Source of the DNA: Candidatus Levyibacteriota bacterium
Lineage (GTDB): Bacteria > Patescibacteriota > Microgenomatia > Levybacterales > UBA12049
Length of the DNA: 64,000 nucleotides
Direction: 5' to 3'
Assembly (NCBI GenBank): GCA_016199085.1
Contig: JACQHJ010000002.1
Location: forward strand, 122,622-186,621
Shown one piece after another: positions 9,179 through 18,824 of this stretch; the stretch's first letter is position 1; each line of letters begins with the position of its first letter. The position numbers were made by a program, and so were the translations under genes. The notes below the pieces were generated by a model. The model worked only from the letters and a program-made list of their open reading frames with translations. It did not search any database and was not told the DNA's origin.

Positions 9179-10331
9179 AAAATTATTGTTTCTCATTGTT
9201 TTTTCAAAAATATTTATTTTTACTACCATTTTCATCGCCTTTTTCTATCTTCCTTTTAATAAAGAAGGGTTTTTTGGCAATTTTCATTACCCGATAGATG
9301 AAAAAATATCGCTTGTTTCCTCGTTTAAAACCTGGGACAGCCAGCATTATTTATATTTAAGCGAAAAAGGATATTCCCAAAGTATTGCGTCAAACCGCTT
9401 TTTCCCTTTATATCCCTTTTCAATAAAACTGGTCTCACTTGTAGTGGGCAACAAGGTCTTTGCCGGTCTTTTAGCTTCTTTTATTTTCAGTATTTTAGGG
9501 TTAGTGTTTTTTTATAGGTTTTGCAAAAAATATTTTAAAAATGAGAATACTGCATTTAGAGCTATTTTACTCCTACTTTCCTTTCCGACCGCTTTTTATA
9601 TCTCCCTGATTTATTCCGAAGGCGCTTGTTTTTTTCTAACAATGGGTTTTTTCTATTTTCTTTATAAGAAAGACTTCTTAAAGGCTTCTATCTTTGCTTT
9701 TTTTCTGCCTTTAGTAAGACCGGTTGGAATATTTATTGTTATTCCCCATGCTGTATTTTGGATTTCATACCTATATAAAAAGGAAAAGCGTTTTTCAGTT
9801 GATTTTATAAAAAAAGTGGTTTTCAATAAAGAGACTTATCTAGTCCTAAGTTCTTTTTTGGGTTTGGGATTATATTTTTTAATAATGCAGCTTACTACCC
9901 AAAGTTATTTGTCAGGTATAAGCGCCTTGCAAGAAAGCGTAGTTGGCAACTGGCAGATAGCCAATATTTTTAATCCGGTATTTTTCTTTGTAAACTTATT
10001 TTTTCCCGACTCCCCCACCCTACATGGATTTACAAATTCCATAATTGACAGAGGAGTTTTTATGGGATTTTTATTTTCCCTGTATTTAATCTATAAAAAA
10101 TTGGATAAAACCCTTTTTTCTTATGCGTTAATGCTTGGTATGGTTCCTGTTTTTGGAAATTTTATGTCTTATACAAGATATGTTTTATTGGTGTTTCCGA
10201 TATTTATGGTTTTTGTCTTGTATTTTGAGAAACCAAGGCTTAAGCTCTTGTTTTATCCGACTGTTATATTTCTTATAATAGTACAAGCAGTTTTTTTAAT
10301 AATGCATAGCCTAAATTATTGGGTTAGCTGA
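9156..10331 (+). CDS. GT-C membrane glycosyl/mannosyltransferase (PIG-V / PMT_2-like).
   Basis: Motif WDSQHYLYLSEKGY...NRFFPLYP. Polytopic membrane protein. Confidence 0.5.
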   Translation: MKKIKINRKLLFLIVFSKIFIFTTIFIAFFYLPFNKEGFFGNFHYPIDEKISLVSSFKTWDSQHYLYLSEKGYSQSIASNRFFPLYPFSIKLVSLVVGNKVFAGLLASFIFSILGLVFFYRFCKKYFKNENTAFRAILLLLSFPTAFYISLIYSEGACFFLTMGFFYFLYKKDFLKASIFAFFLPLVRPVGIFIVIPHAVFWISYLYKKEKRFSVDFIKKVVFNKETYLVLSSFLGLGLYFLIMQLTTQSYLSGISALQESVVGNWQIANIFNPVFFFVNLFFPDSPTLHGFTNSIIDRGVFMGFLFSLYLIYKKLDKTLFSYALMLGMVPVFGNFMSYTRYVLLVFPIFMVFVLYFEKPRLKLLFYPTVIFLIIVQAVFLIMHSLNYWVS

Positions 10332-10333
10332 TA

Positions 10334-11152
10334 ATGATATATATACTTTCTCTAGTTGTCGGTTTTATTGGACTTTTTGTAGGGTCTTTTTTGGGAGTAT
10401 TGACAGACAGGCTTTATAAAAACAGGTCTTTTATATTTTCAAGGTCAAAGTGCGATAAATGTAAAAAGAATCTTGGCATGCTTGATCTAATACCGCTACT
10501 GTCTTTTATTTTTCTACAAGGAAAATGCAGGTATTGTAAGGTTAAGCTTTCTTATTTTTATCCGATTATTGAACTAATAACCGCAATACTTTTTTTTATA
10601 ACTTTCTTTTTTGTGTTTTCACCCTTAGAGAATAATACTGCGATTTTGTTCACAGTTTTTAATTTCATTAAATTCTTCGTTTATATTGTCACAGTTTCCT
10701 TATTAATAGTTGTTTTTTTTATTGATTTAAAATATGGGGTTATCTTAGACAAAGTAGTTGTTTTATTAACCGTGCTTACTCTTATCTGGTTAATGTATTC
10801 AAATCCTTCTAATATACTAAATCATATTCTCACTTCAATATTTTCGGCACTATTTTTTGCTTTAATAGTCTTTGTTTACTATCTAATAAGAAAAAAAATT
10901 GCAATGGGAGGAGGAGACATAAAATTAGCCTTGTTTTTAGGACTTTTCTTGGGTTTTCCCAATATAATATTGTGTTTGTATATAGCTTTCTTGACAGCGG
11001 CTATTTACTCTATCATACTAATAATATGGAGGAAAAATATAAAGCTTACGGATTCAATTCCCTTCGGTCCTTTTTTAACAGTCGGTTTCCTGATAACTCT
11101 GTTTTGGTCAGACAAAATTTTGTCTTTCATCCCCCTATTTTTAAAAATCTAG
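10334..11152 (+). CDS. pilD: Prepilin peptidase / N-methyltransferase PilD (A24 family).
   Basis: Zn-binding CDKC...CRYC. The GGGDIKL motif carries the active-site Asp. Eight TM segments. Confidence 0.9.
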   Translation: MIYILSLVVGFIGLFVGSFLGVLTDRLYKNRSFIFSRSKCDKCKKNLGMLDLIPLLSFIFLQGKCRYCKVKLSYFYPIIELITAILFFITFFFVFSPLENNTAILFTVFNFIKFFVYIVTVSLLIVVFFIDLKYGVILDKVVVLLTVLTLIWLMYSNPSNILNHILTSIFSALFFALIVFVYYLIRKKIAMGGGDIKLALFLGLFLGFPNIILCLYIAFLTAAIYSIILIIWRKNIKLTDSIPFGPFLTVGFLITLFWSDKILSFIPLFLKI

Positions 11153-11661
11153 GTTTTTTCCAAAAAGGTTTCACTTTCATAGAGCTTATTGTAGTATTTG
11201 GTATCATTGCAATAATGTTTGCGGCAATTGCGGCAACTCTTGATCCATTAGGGCAGTTTCAGAAAGCAACCGATTCAAGAAGGAAGTCAGATTTGGGCCA
11301 AATTAAAAAAGCGCTTGAGACCTTTTATAATGACAACGGGAGATATCCGTACCACTCGGCTGTTTTTAGGATTAAACCGACTTCTACAGGATCAGACATT
11401 GCTTGGGGTGCAAGCTGGACTCCTTATATGAGTGTTTTACCCGATGATCCAAATTCCAACCAGCAATATGTTTATTACTCGCCCGATGGACAAACTTATT
11501 ACCTATATGCTAGGCTGGAAAGAGGAGTAAAAGATGACGATGTTTGCAATGGAGGTAGTGAATGCACGAGTCTTTTGGGAGTAGGCGCATTTTGTTCGCC
11601 TGCGGGGGGCTCAAATCTTATTTGCAATTACGGAGTGTCGAGTTCAAACGTAAGCCCATAG
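11104..11661 (+). CDS. Second prepilin-like protein; start uncertain.
   Basis: QKG|FTFIELIVVFGIIAIM class III signal. Mature part starts at F 11170. No in-frame ATG lies upstream; an in-frame TTG at 11104 overlaps the pilD 3' end. C-terminus is Cys-rich. Confidence 0.6.
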   Translation: MVRQNFVFHPPIFKNLGFFQKGFTFIELIVVFGIIAIMFAAIAATLDPLGQFQKATDSRRKSDLGQIKKALETFYNDNGRYPYHSAVFRIKPTSTGSDIAWGASWTPYMSVLPDDPNSNQQYVYYSPDGQTYYLYARLERGVKDDDVCNGGSECTSLLGVGAFCSPAGGSNLICNYGVSSSNVSP

Positions 11662-11667
11662 ATTAAA

Positions 11668-12153
11668 ATGTTTAAACAGTTTAAAAATATAACCAAAGGT
11701 TTTACTTTAATAGAGCTTTTAATTGTTATCGCAATAATTGGAGTCTTGGCTGCCTTACTAATGTCAAATTTCATAGGGGTACGGCAAAGAGCCAGAGATT
11801 CACAGAGGAAATCGGATCTAAGACAAGTTCAATCTGCCTTAGAGCTTTACAGGTCAGATAACGGTTCATACCCGGTATCGGTTTCCAATGCTCTCCCCTA
11901 CGACTGTTTAGCAGCTATGTCAAGCGGTTCAACCATCTATATGCAAAAAGTTCCCTGCGATCCTACAAGTACAACCTATAACAGCGGGAAATATTATTAC
12001 AATAGCGGTGGTACTAATTATACTATTGGGGCGTGTCTTGAAAATGGCTCTGATACGTCTTCGGGCACGACAAACATTGACCCCATAACGTCAAATCCCG
12101 GAGACCCGGATACTTGTCCAGGCGTAAGATATTTCGTTCTAAATAACCCATGA
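11668..12153 (+). CDS. Prepilin/pseudopilin (GspG-like).
   Basis: ITKG|FTLIELLIVIAIIGVLAALL signal. Confidence 0.8.
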   Translation: MFKQFKNITKGFTLIELLIVIAIIGVLAALLMSNFIGVRQRARDSQRKSDLRQVQSALELYRSDNGSYPVSVSNALPYDCLAAMSSGSTIYMQKVPCDPTSTTYNSGKYYYNSGGTNYTIGACLENGSDTSSGTTNIDPITSNPGDPDTCPGVRYFVLNNP

Positions 12154-12725
12154 GAGCAAGAAAGCATATTGGCATATCTTCTGTGATAGTTAAAAGTTTT
12201 TTTTTGTCAAAATCTAGCCTAGGTTTTACCCTAATTGAAATCATTGTTGTCTTTGCGGTTTTGGCAGTTATTTCCGTAGCAGGCCTTGCTTCCTTTGTCT
12301 CTTACAGCAGGCAGCAGGCTTTGGTTACAGAAGTCAATACCCTGACTTCTGTAATTAATTTAGCCCGCTCAAATGCAATTTCTCAGGTTAAGCCTTCGAC
12401 CAAATGTGTCGGAGCAAATCTTTTAACACTTGACGGATACATAGTTACTCTTATTACAACCGGTGATAAAAATACCTATACACTTGGAGTTGCTTGCGGA
12501 CCAGGATCAGATCCAGGCCCCACCGTCTATACATTCCCCCAGACTATTACTTTTGACCCAGTTTTAACAAACGTTTCTACAATTTATTTCCGTGTTTTGA
12601 CAGGAGGAGTGATACTTAAAAATAGCGCGGGTAATGAAATTACCAATGGGAGTATTGTTTTGGAAAATGAAAGCGCTGGGCTCTCAAAATCAATCACAAT
12701 AGATAACTCGGGTAAAATAGAATGA
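12150..12725 (+). CDS. Minor pilin (FimT/GspH-like).
   Basis: SSLG|FTLIEIIVVFAVLAVISV signal. Overlaps its neighbours by 4 nt. Confidence 0.7.
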   Translation: MRARKHIGISSVIVKSFFLSKSSLGFTLIEIIVVFAVLAVISVAGLASFVSYSRQQALVTEVNTLTSVINLARSNAISQVKPSTKCVGANLLTLDGYIVTLITTGDKNTYTLGVACGPGSDPGPTVYTFPQTITFDPVLTNVSTIYFRVLTGGVILKNSAGNEITNGSIVLENESAGLSKSITIDNSGKIE

Positions 12726-13198
12726 AAACTTTGATTAAACAAAAAGGACAAAGCTTAATAGAGGCAATAGTGGCATTAAGCGCCGCTGTTTTGATTATTT
12801 CAGCAATTGCCGTTGCTGTTTTGACATCTGTAGGAAATTCCGATTATTCAAAAAATCAGAATAAAGCTACGCTTTATGCCCAGGAGGAACTGGAATCGCT
12901 AAGGGAATCAAGTGAAATAAGCTGGTCTAATTTTTCTTCTCAAGGATCTGGGATATATTGTGTTGGATCAAATGAGGTATTAGAATCGTCCGTCTCAAAC
13001 TGTTCAACTGCGAATTTGGATAATTATTATATAAGACAAGTTGATTTATATGACTTTAACACAAGCGGTTGCACAAATTCAAGGAAAGTAAGAGTAAGTG
13101 TTTTTTGGAGTGACGGAAAATGCCAAAGTGGCCAATTTTGTCACAATGTTGTTTTGGAATCTTGTTTTGCAGACAATAATACCCTGCCAACGCCATGA
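12722..13198 (+). CDS. Minor pilin (PilV/GspI-like).
   Basis: KQKG|QSLIEAIVALSAAVLIIS signal. Confidence 0.6.
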   Translation: MKTLIKQKGQSLIEAIVALSAAVLIISAIAVAVLTSVGNSDYSKNQNKATLYAQEELESLRESSEISWSNFSSQGSGIYCVGSNEVLESSVSNCSTANLDNYYIRQVDLYDFNTSGCTNSRKVRVSVFWSDGKCQSGQFCHNVVLESCFADNNTLPTP

Positions 13199-13764
13199 GA
13201 GAAAAAACACATAAGGGTTTTACTTTAATAGAGCTTCTGGTTGTCATGATGATAATTATTGCTGTCGGAAGCATAATTGCTGGAATAATTGTTGTGTCTT
13301 TAAGGGGAGGAAACAGAAGCGTTAATGTAAACGAGGTAAGGCAAACCGGAGAGTATACTCTTTCCCAAATGACTAAAATGGTTGCTTTTGCCAAAAGCTT
13401 TGACGGTATTGGTAAGTTAGTGCTTGGAAACATAGTTTATGAAACAGACTGCACTACTCAAGCTGGCGTTGAATTTACGCATTTAAAACTTACCTCTTTT
13501 GATAATACACAAACGACGTTTATCTGTGATTACAACGCAACCACAATTGCTTCTCAAAGCGCTTCAAGAACCGTAGAATTGATTAACTCTACGAAGTTTA
13601 ACTTGGACGTGTGCACTTTTAAATGTACACAAAACAGTATCGCAACCGCTCCTGTAATAGAGATAAATTTCACCCTTTCTAAAAACTCTCCTTCAACGTT
13701 TGTAGAAAATAAAATAAGCATACCTTTCGGAACAACAGTCGGATTTAGGAACCTGGCGAATTAG
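13195..13764 (+). CDS. Minor pilin (PilW/GspJ-like).
   Basis: THKG|FTLIELLVVMMIIIAVGS signal. Confidence 0.7.
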   Translation: MREKTHKGFTLIELLVVMMIIIAVGSIIAGIIVVSLRGGNRSVNVNEVRQTGEYTLSQMTKMVAFAKSFDGIGKLVLGNIVYETDCTTQAGVEFTHLKLTSFDNTQTTFICDYNATTIASQSASRTVELINSTKFNLDVCTFKCTQNSIATAPVIEINFTLSKNSPSTFVENKISIPFGTTVGFRNLAN

Positions 13765-13826
13765 CTTTAAAATTAGTTGACAAAGGTAGCTTTTTATTGC
13801 TACTCTATATTTAGATATTTATAAGT

Positions 13827-14630
13827 ATGGTTAAAAACCTACAAAGTCAAAAGGGTCAAGCTCTATTGATAGTTGTTCTGGTTATGGTAATAGCTCTAAC
13901 CGTTACCCTCTCTATTGTTTCAAGATCTGTTGTAAACCTAAGAACCTCTGTCGAGCAATCCGAATCTCAAAAAGCTTTAGCGGCAGCCGAGGCAGGAGTT
14001 GAGCAAGCTATTAAAAACAATGCTAGTATTGGCGTGGATACCCCAGCTTCATTTGGCAATACGACCTATACGGCGACAATAAGCGATGTTTTAGCAAGCT
14101 CATCTTTTTTGCTAAACGGAGGAATTGCAGTAACTAAGTCAGAAGGATCCTCAATCTGGCTTTCCACATATAATGAAGCAAACCCATGGTCTGATAGCTG
14201 GAGTGGAAATTTAGATATCTATTGGGGTGATCCAGGAGCTGCAGATTCAGCAAATGCTGCTTTGGAAATAGTTCTTTTATCTGGTCCGGATAAAAACAGC
14301 GCAACTGTTACAAGATATGCTGTTGATCCTGACGGAACCAGAAGAACGAGCAACAATTTTGCAAACGTTGCCCAAACAGGAAATTTTAATGTCGGGGGTA
14401 AATCGTTAAAATACAGATACACTATCAGCGTCGTTTCAGGATTTTTGGTAAGAGTGACGCCTGTTTATACGTCATCATATATAGGAGCCCAGGGAACAAA
14501 TCTGCCCACGCAGGGCAAAATCGTAACCGCATCTGGCACTTCGGGTAACACCCAGCGTAAAGTGACCGTCTTCCAGGGGTATCCCATATTGCCGCCAGAA
14601 CTATTCCTTTATAGCTTACTTTCTTTGTAA
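13827..14630 (+). CDS. PilX-like minor pilin.
   Basis: QKG|QALLIVVLVMVIALTV N-terminal helix without Glu at +5. Gly/Ser/Thr-rich C-terminus. Confidence 0.55.
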   Translation: MVKNLQSQKGQALLIVVLVMVIALTVTLSIVSRSVVNLRTSVEQSESQKALAAAEAGVEQAIKNNASIGVDTPASFGNTTYTATISDVLASSSFLLNGGIAVTKSEGSSIWLSTYNEANPWSDSWSGNLDIYWGDPGAADSANAALEIVLLSGPDKNSATVTRYAVDPDGTRRTSNNFANVAQTGNFNVGGKSLKYRYTISVVSGFLVRVTPVYTSSYIGAQGTNLPTQGKIVTASGTSGNTQRKVTVFQGYPILPPELFLYSLLSL

Positions 14631-14633
14631 AAA

Positions 14634-15671
14634 ATGAATAACAAAAAAGGATTCGGGCTCGATATAGGAGCTACATCTTTAAAACTTGTGTGGCTAAATA
14701 AGCAGTTATCAGGCTTTATTTTAAAGGCGGCATTAATTATGCCTGTTCCTCCCAAGGGAATGCTTTCAGAGTCCCCCCTAGATGAGGAAGAAATGGCCCA
14801 GACTCTTCGAAAAGCAGCTGACACGGCATCGGTTAATACCAAAAAGGTAAACGTTGCTCTTCCTGAAAACCAGGTTTATACAAAGGTATTGGATATGCCT
14901 GTGCTTTCTGACAGAGAGGTTGCCTCAGCCATTTATTGGGAAGCCGAACAATATATTCCGGTCCCTTTGACAAACATTAAGCTTGTTTGGAACGTTTTAA
15001 AAAGACCTGAAAAAGCAACGCCCGATGAAAAAATGCAGGTTTTAATGGTAGGAGCACCATCTATGCTTGTTAACAAATATCAAAAGATCGTCTCAATGGC
15101 GGGACTTGAAATAAACGCAATGGAGACGGAAATCCTGGCAACGATCCGCTCTCTTGTTCTAGACGAGAATTTTCCAACAAGCTTAGTTGTCAATATCGGC
15201 GCAATCAGTACATCTTTTGCCATTGTAAGAAAAGGGATAATGGTATTTACCTACTCGATGGCAATAGGAGGCGCTGCTATTAACAGAGCAATTGCCACTG
15301 ATTTCAGCCTTACGCCCCAGCAGGCAGAGGAATATAAGAGAGTTTACGGAATTTCGGGAAAGTCTTTGGGAGGAAGAGTTGGTAAATCAACAGAGCCTAT
15401 CTTAAATGCAATTTTAGCTGAAATAAAAAAATCCGTAGCATTTTATTCCCAAAAATATAAAGACGATAGTCCTATCAGGCAGATTATTCTTTCAGGAGGA
15501 ACGGCAAAGCTTCCCGGAATTGAACTATTCTTTGCGCAAAATTCGGGAATTGAAACTGCCATAGCAAACCCCTGGAAGGCACTCGCCTCACAGCAAATCC
15601 CGAAAGAAGTATTGCAAAATGCTTCTGACTACCCCATCGCAGTCGGTCTTGCGATGAGAGACTATGAGTAA
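14634..15671 (+). CDS. pilM: Type IV pilus assembly protein PilM (actin-like ATPase fold).
   Basis: N-terminal GLDIGATSLKLV. Size about 345 aa. Precedes the pilN/pilO-like genes. Confidence 0.85.
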   Translation: MNNKKGFGLDIGATSLKLVWLNKQLSGFILKAALIMPVPPKGMLSESPLDEEEMAQTLRKAADTASVNTKKVNVALPENQVYTKVLDMPVLSDREVASAIYWEAEQYIPVPLTNIKLVWNVLKRPEKATPDEKMQVLMVGAPSMLVNKYQKIVSMAGLEINAMETEILATIRSLVLDENFPTSLVVNIGAISTSFAIVRKGIMVFTYSMAIGGAAINRAIATDFSLTPQQAEEYKRVYGISGKSLGGRVGKSTEPILNAILAEIKKSVAFYSQKYKDDSPIRQIILSGGTAKLPGIELFFAQNSGIETAIANPWKALASQQIPKEVLQNASDYPIAVGLAMRDYE

Positions 15672-16200
15672 CAGTATTAATCTTGTATCAAGCAAAAACG
15701 AACAGCTGGAAAAAGAGCTAAAAATCTTAAAAATAATTAGGGTTACAGCTGTTTCCATGCTTATCACAATTGCGGTTGTATCGATAACTGCTTTTATCGT
15801 CAGTACCCAAATTCCCCTTTCCCAGATAAAACAGGAGGAAGAACAGACTTTAACGAGCATCTCAGCCCTGCATGATAAACTGACGACTTATTATCTTGTT
15901 AAAGATAGGATTAATAATATCGGAAACCTTATTCAGGTAAGGGAGAACTATATTGTGCCGATCGATACAGTTTTGGATAAAATAAACAGCCAGTTATCCA
16001 TAAATGCTTTTTCCATAGAAAAAGATAAGCTGACGGTTAGCTTAACAGCCTCATCGCTTGTTCCCATAAATGAAACAATAAGTGCAATTTATGATCTTGG
16101 AAGAGAAGAAAAAGTTATTACAGACGTCAAGTTAACCTCGCTTGGTTTAGATACGCAGGCAGGTCGGTACATAGTAACCTTACAGGCAAAAATTTTATAA
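15664..16200 (+). CDS. pilN: PilN-like bitopic membrane protein.
   Basis: Single N-terminal TM helix, then a coiled region. Overlaps the pilM stop. Confidence 0.55.
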   Translation: MSNSINLVSSKNEQLEKELKILKIIRVTAVSMLITIAVVSITAFIVSTQIPLSQIKQEEEQTLTSISALHDKLTTYYLVKDRINNIGNLIQVRENYIVPIDTVLDKINSQLSINAFSIEKDKLTVSLTASSLVPINETISAIYDLGREEKVITDVKLTSLGLDTQAGRYIVTLQAKIL

Positions 16201-16202
16201 TT

Positions 16203-16970
16203 ATGGATTTAAACAAGGATATAAAAGACATACATATAAATTTTAATTCGAGCACTCTTAATATTCTTTATAGAAAATACAAGAGCTTTCTGCTTCCGAC
16301 CGTTGCCATTATTGCTTGCCTGATTTTATTTTTTATGGTGGTTATTCCCCAACTCCAGGGCGTTTTAGATGCAAAACAAAAAGAGCAGGTTGCAAGAGAA
16401 AGACTGAATAAGCTTAAGAATAACTTTGTTCTTTTATCAAGTATGGATGAAATAAGTTTAGGCCAGGATTTACAGAGCCTTTCACGAGGCCTTTCTCCTA
16501 GCAAGGATTTTGCCGGGATAATAAATTCGATTTCATATAACGCTCTTAATGCCTCTGTTGTTTTGTCTGATTTTGAATTCACAGTTGGAGACATTTCGGA
16601 AAAAGAACCAAACACTACGCCTTTTCCAAGCCTAAGACTTGATTTAAGAGTCAGCGGTAACCCCCCAGCAATATTAAACTTTATCAAAAGGCTCTATGCA
16701 TCAACGCCTTTAACAGAGGTAACGAGTATTGCTATATCCGGTAATTCGGCTACGATCAAACTCCAGTTTTATTACAAGGCGTTTCCCCAAGGCACAATTA
16801 GTAACGAGACGCCAATTATTTCCTTCTCAGAAAAAGAAAAGGACTTAATAGAGGAGATTACTAATTGGGGAAGCGGTGTTGCAAATGCTTCTTTGATATT
16901 AAATACAGTGCCCCAAGAGGCTTCTTCGTCTTCAGCCCTTAACGCATCAAGTTCTGCGCAAACACAGTAA
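16203..16970 (+). CDS. pilO: PilO-like bitopic membrane protein.
   Basis: N-terminal TM helix plus coiled coil. Ser-rich C-terminal tail. Position after pilN. Confidence 0.45.
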   Translation: MDLNKDIKDIHINFNSSTLNILYRKYKSFLLPTVAIIACLILFFMVVIPQLQGVLDAKQKEQVARERLNKLKNNFVLLSSMDEISLGQDLQSLSRGLSPSKDFAGIINSISYNALNASVVLSDFEFTVGDISEKEPNTTPFPSLRLDLRVSGNPPAILNFIKRLYASTPLTEVTSIAISGNSATIKLQFYYKAFPQGTISNETPIISFSEKEKDLIEEITNWGSGVANASLILNTVPQEASSSSALNASSSAQTQ

Positions 16971-17648
16971 TTATTTCTTTATTAAATCGGGCCTAACTTT
17001 TTGAGTGAGCTTAAGAGATTGTTCTTTTTTCCAAGCATCAATCTTTGCGTGATTACCCGAGATAAGCACATCAGGAACTTTTGCACCTTTATAAACTGAA
17101 GGTTTTGTATATTGAGGGTGTTCCAAAAGCAAACCAAAGGACTCATTTGCCAAAGATTTGTCGGTGATTACTCCTTTGATAAGCCTTACAACAGAGTCTA
17201 CTATAAGCATTGCTGGAATTTCCCCACCTGTTAGCACAAAGTCACCAATACTAACTTGTTCATCAAGATACTTGATTATCCTTTCGTCAACGCCCTCATA
17301 ATGTCCGCAGACTAAAATAAGGTGTTTTAGCTTTGAATATCTTTTAGCAGTTTTTTGGTTAAAGGTCTTTCCACTTGCAGTTAGCAAAATAATTTTTTCC
17401 TCGCTTTTTTTGTATTTTTTGTCTTTTGCTTTTTCTATTGCGTCGAAAAGCACGTCTACCCTTAAAACCATTCCCGCCCCCCCGCCGTAAGGAGTATCAT
17501 CGACTAATTTATGTTTTCCTATGCCAAAATCACGGATATCAATAAATTCAAGTTCAACCAGTCCCTTTTCAACAGCTCTTTTAATAATAGAACTGTTAAA
17601 TGGTGAGGAAAACATTTCGGGGAAAAGCGTTATAACCGAAATTTTCAT
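16971..17648 (-). CDS. trmD: tRNA (guanine37-N1)-methyltransferase.
   Basis: MKISVITLFPEMF...YGGGAGMVL...GHYEGVDER SPOUT motifs. Confidence 0.95.
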   Translation of the reverse strand: MKISVITLFPEMFSSPFNSSIIKRAVEKGLVELEFIDIRDFGIGKHKLVDDTPYGGGAGMVLRVDVLFDAIEKAKDKKYKKSEEKIILLTASGKTFNQKTAKRYSKLKHLILVCGHYEGVDERIIKYLDEQVSIGDFVLTGGEIPAMLIVDSVVRLIKGVITDKSLANESFGLLLEHPQYTKPSVYKGAKVPDVLISGNHAKIDAWKKEQSLKLTQKVRPDLIKK

Positions 17649-17654
17649 ATATTT

Positions 17655-17891
17655 TTAGAGGTTTTCGGAAAGTGATATAAATACTTTTTTATTTTGTTTC
17701 ATAGCGGGGATTTTCATGATGTTTCTGATTGCCTTAATTACTTTTCCGTTTTTTCCGATAATTCTTCCCATATCCGTTGGATCTACTTTTATGACAAAGT
17801 TTAAAATTCCGTTTTCTTCAGTCTCTGATATTTCAACGGCAGTCTCTTTTTCGACTATTGAGGAGACAATATAGTTAAGTGTGTCTTTCAT
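17655..17891 (-). CDS. KH-domain RNA-binding protein (YlqC/UPF0109).
   Basis: RIIGKNGKVIKAIR KH motif. Sits between rpsP and trmD. Confidence 0.8.
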   Translation of the reverse strand: MKDTLNYIVSSIVEKETAVEISETEENGILNFVIKVDPTDMGRIIGKNGKVIKAIRNIMKIPAMKQNKKVFISLSENL

Positions 17892-17892
17892 A

Positions 17893-18153
17893 TTATTTTA
17901 CGAGTTTTTCTATCACCAAAGAAGGTTGTGCTCCTACAGAAACCCAGTAATCATATCTCTTTTTGTCTATTTTAAATACGCCGTTTTTGCCTTTTTCATA
18001 CCAACCCAACTGCTCAATGGACTTGCCATCCCTAGCAGACCTTTTTTCTTTAACGACAATTCTGAATTTTCTTTCTCCTCTTTTACCAATTCTGGCGCTT
18101 CGAATTACTACTGACATAATCGTAATTTTACCATTTATTTGTGGTTTACTCAA
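17893..18153 (-). CDS. rpsP: 30S ribosomal protein S16.
   Basis: VVIRSARIGKRGERKFRIVV...RDGKSIEQLGWY matches the S16 pattern. Confidence 0.9.
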   Translation of the reverse strand: MSKPQINGKITIMSVVIRSARIGKRGERKFRIVVKEKRSARDGKSIEQLGWYEKGKNGVFKIDKKRYDYWVSVGAQPSLVIEKLVK

Positions 18154-18824
18154 GGGGTCTTAGGGGTTTTGAGTTTTTGCAAAGCTTTCAGCGCAGCGTC
18201 TTCTTCTGCTTCCTGTTTTGATTTGCCTTGTCCCTGTCCAAAGAGCTTGTTGCCTATAAAAACTCCCATTGTAAACGTTTTTGAATGAGCAGGGCCATGC
18301 TCAGACATTACTTTGTATTGCGGTGAGCTTTGTTTTTTGGACTGCACATATTCCTGAAGAAGGCTTTTAGGATCTTTGAAAGATCTTTCGTTTTCCAAAG
18401 CTTCGATTCGGGTTAGGAAAACATCTTTTATAAAATCCTGAGTAACCTCAATACCAGAGTCTTGGAAAAGTGCGCCAATAAATCCCTCAAAGCAATCTGC
18501 GAGTAAGCTTTGGTTTTGTCTTCCCTTTGATTCTTCCTCTCCCTTGGAGAGTTTTAAATATTTTCCAAAATTAAGCTCCCTTGCAATATCTGCAAGACTT
18601 TTCGTGTTTACCAGAAGCGATCTCATGTTTGTTAAAATTCCCTCGTTATACTTAGGGTATTTGGTAAATAAAAGCTTAGAGATAACAAAAGAGATTATGC
18701 TGTCTCCTAAGAATTCGAGCCTTTCGTTTGAGGAGACGTCTTCTTTCGTTTCATTTAGAAAGCTTCTGTGAGTAAAAGCCTGATCGAAAAGGTTTTTATT
18801 TTTAAATACTGGTAGCTTTGTCAT
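18150..18824 (-). CDS. rnc: Ribonuclease III.
   Basis: ERLEFLGDS catalytic signature plus a C-terminal dsRBD. Confidence 0.95.
   Translation of the reverse strand: MTKLPVFKNKNLFDQAFTHRSFLNETKEDVSSNERLEFLGDSIISFVISKLLFTKYPKYNEGILTNMRSLLVNTKSLADIARELNFGKYLKLSKGEEESKGRQNQSLLADCFEGFIGALFQDSGIEVTQDFIKDVFLTRIEALENERSFKDPKSLLQEYVQSKKQSSPQYKVMSEHGPAHSKTFTMGVFIGNKLFGQGQGKSKQEAEEDAALKALQKLKTPKTP

Noticed and set aside
16971-16980. Missing pilQ secretin after pilO
   Set aside because: pilO is followed immediately by convergent trmD. The absence is consistent with a monoderm-type pilus rather than a truncated locus.
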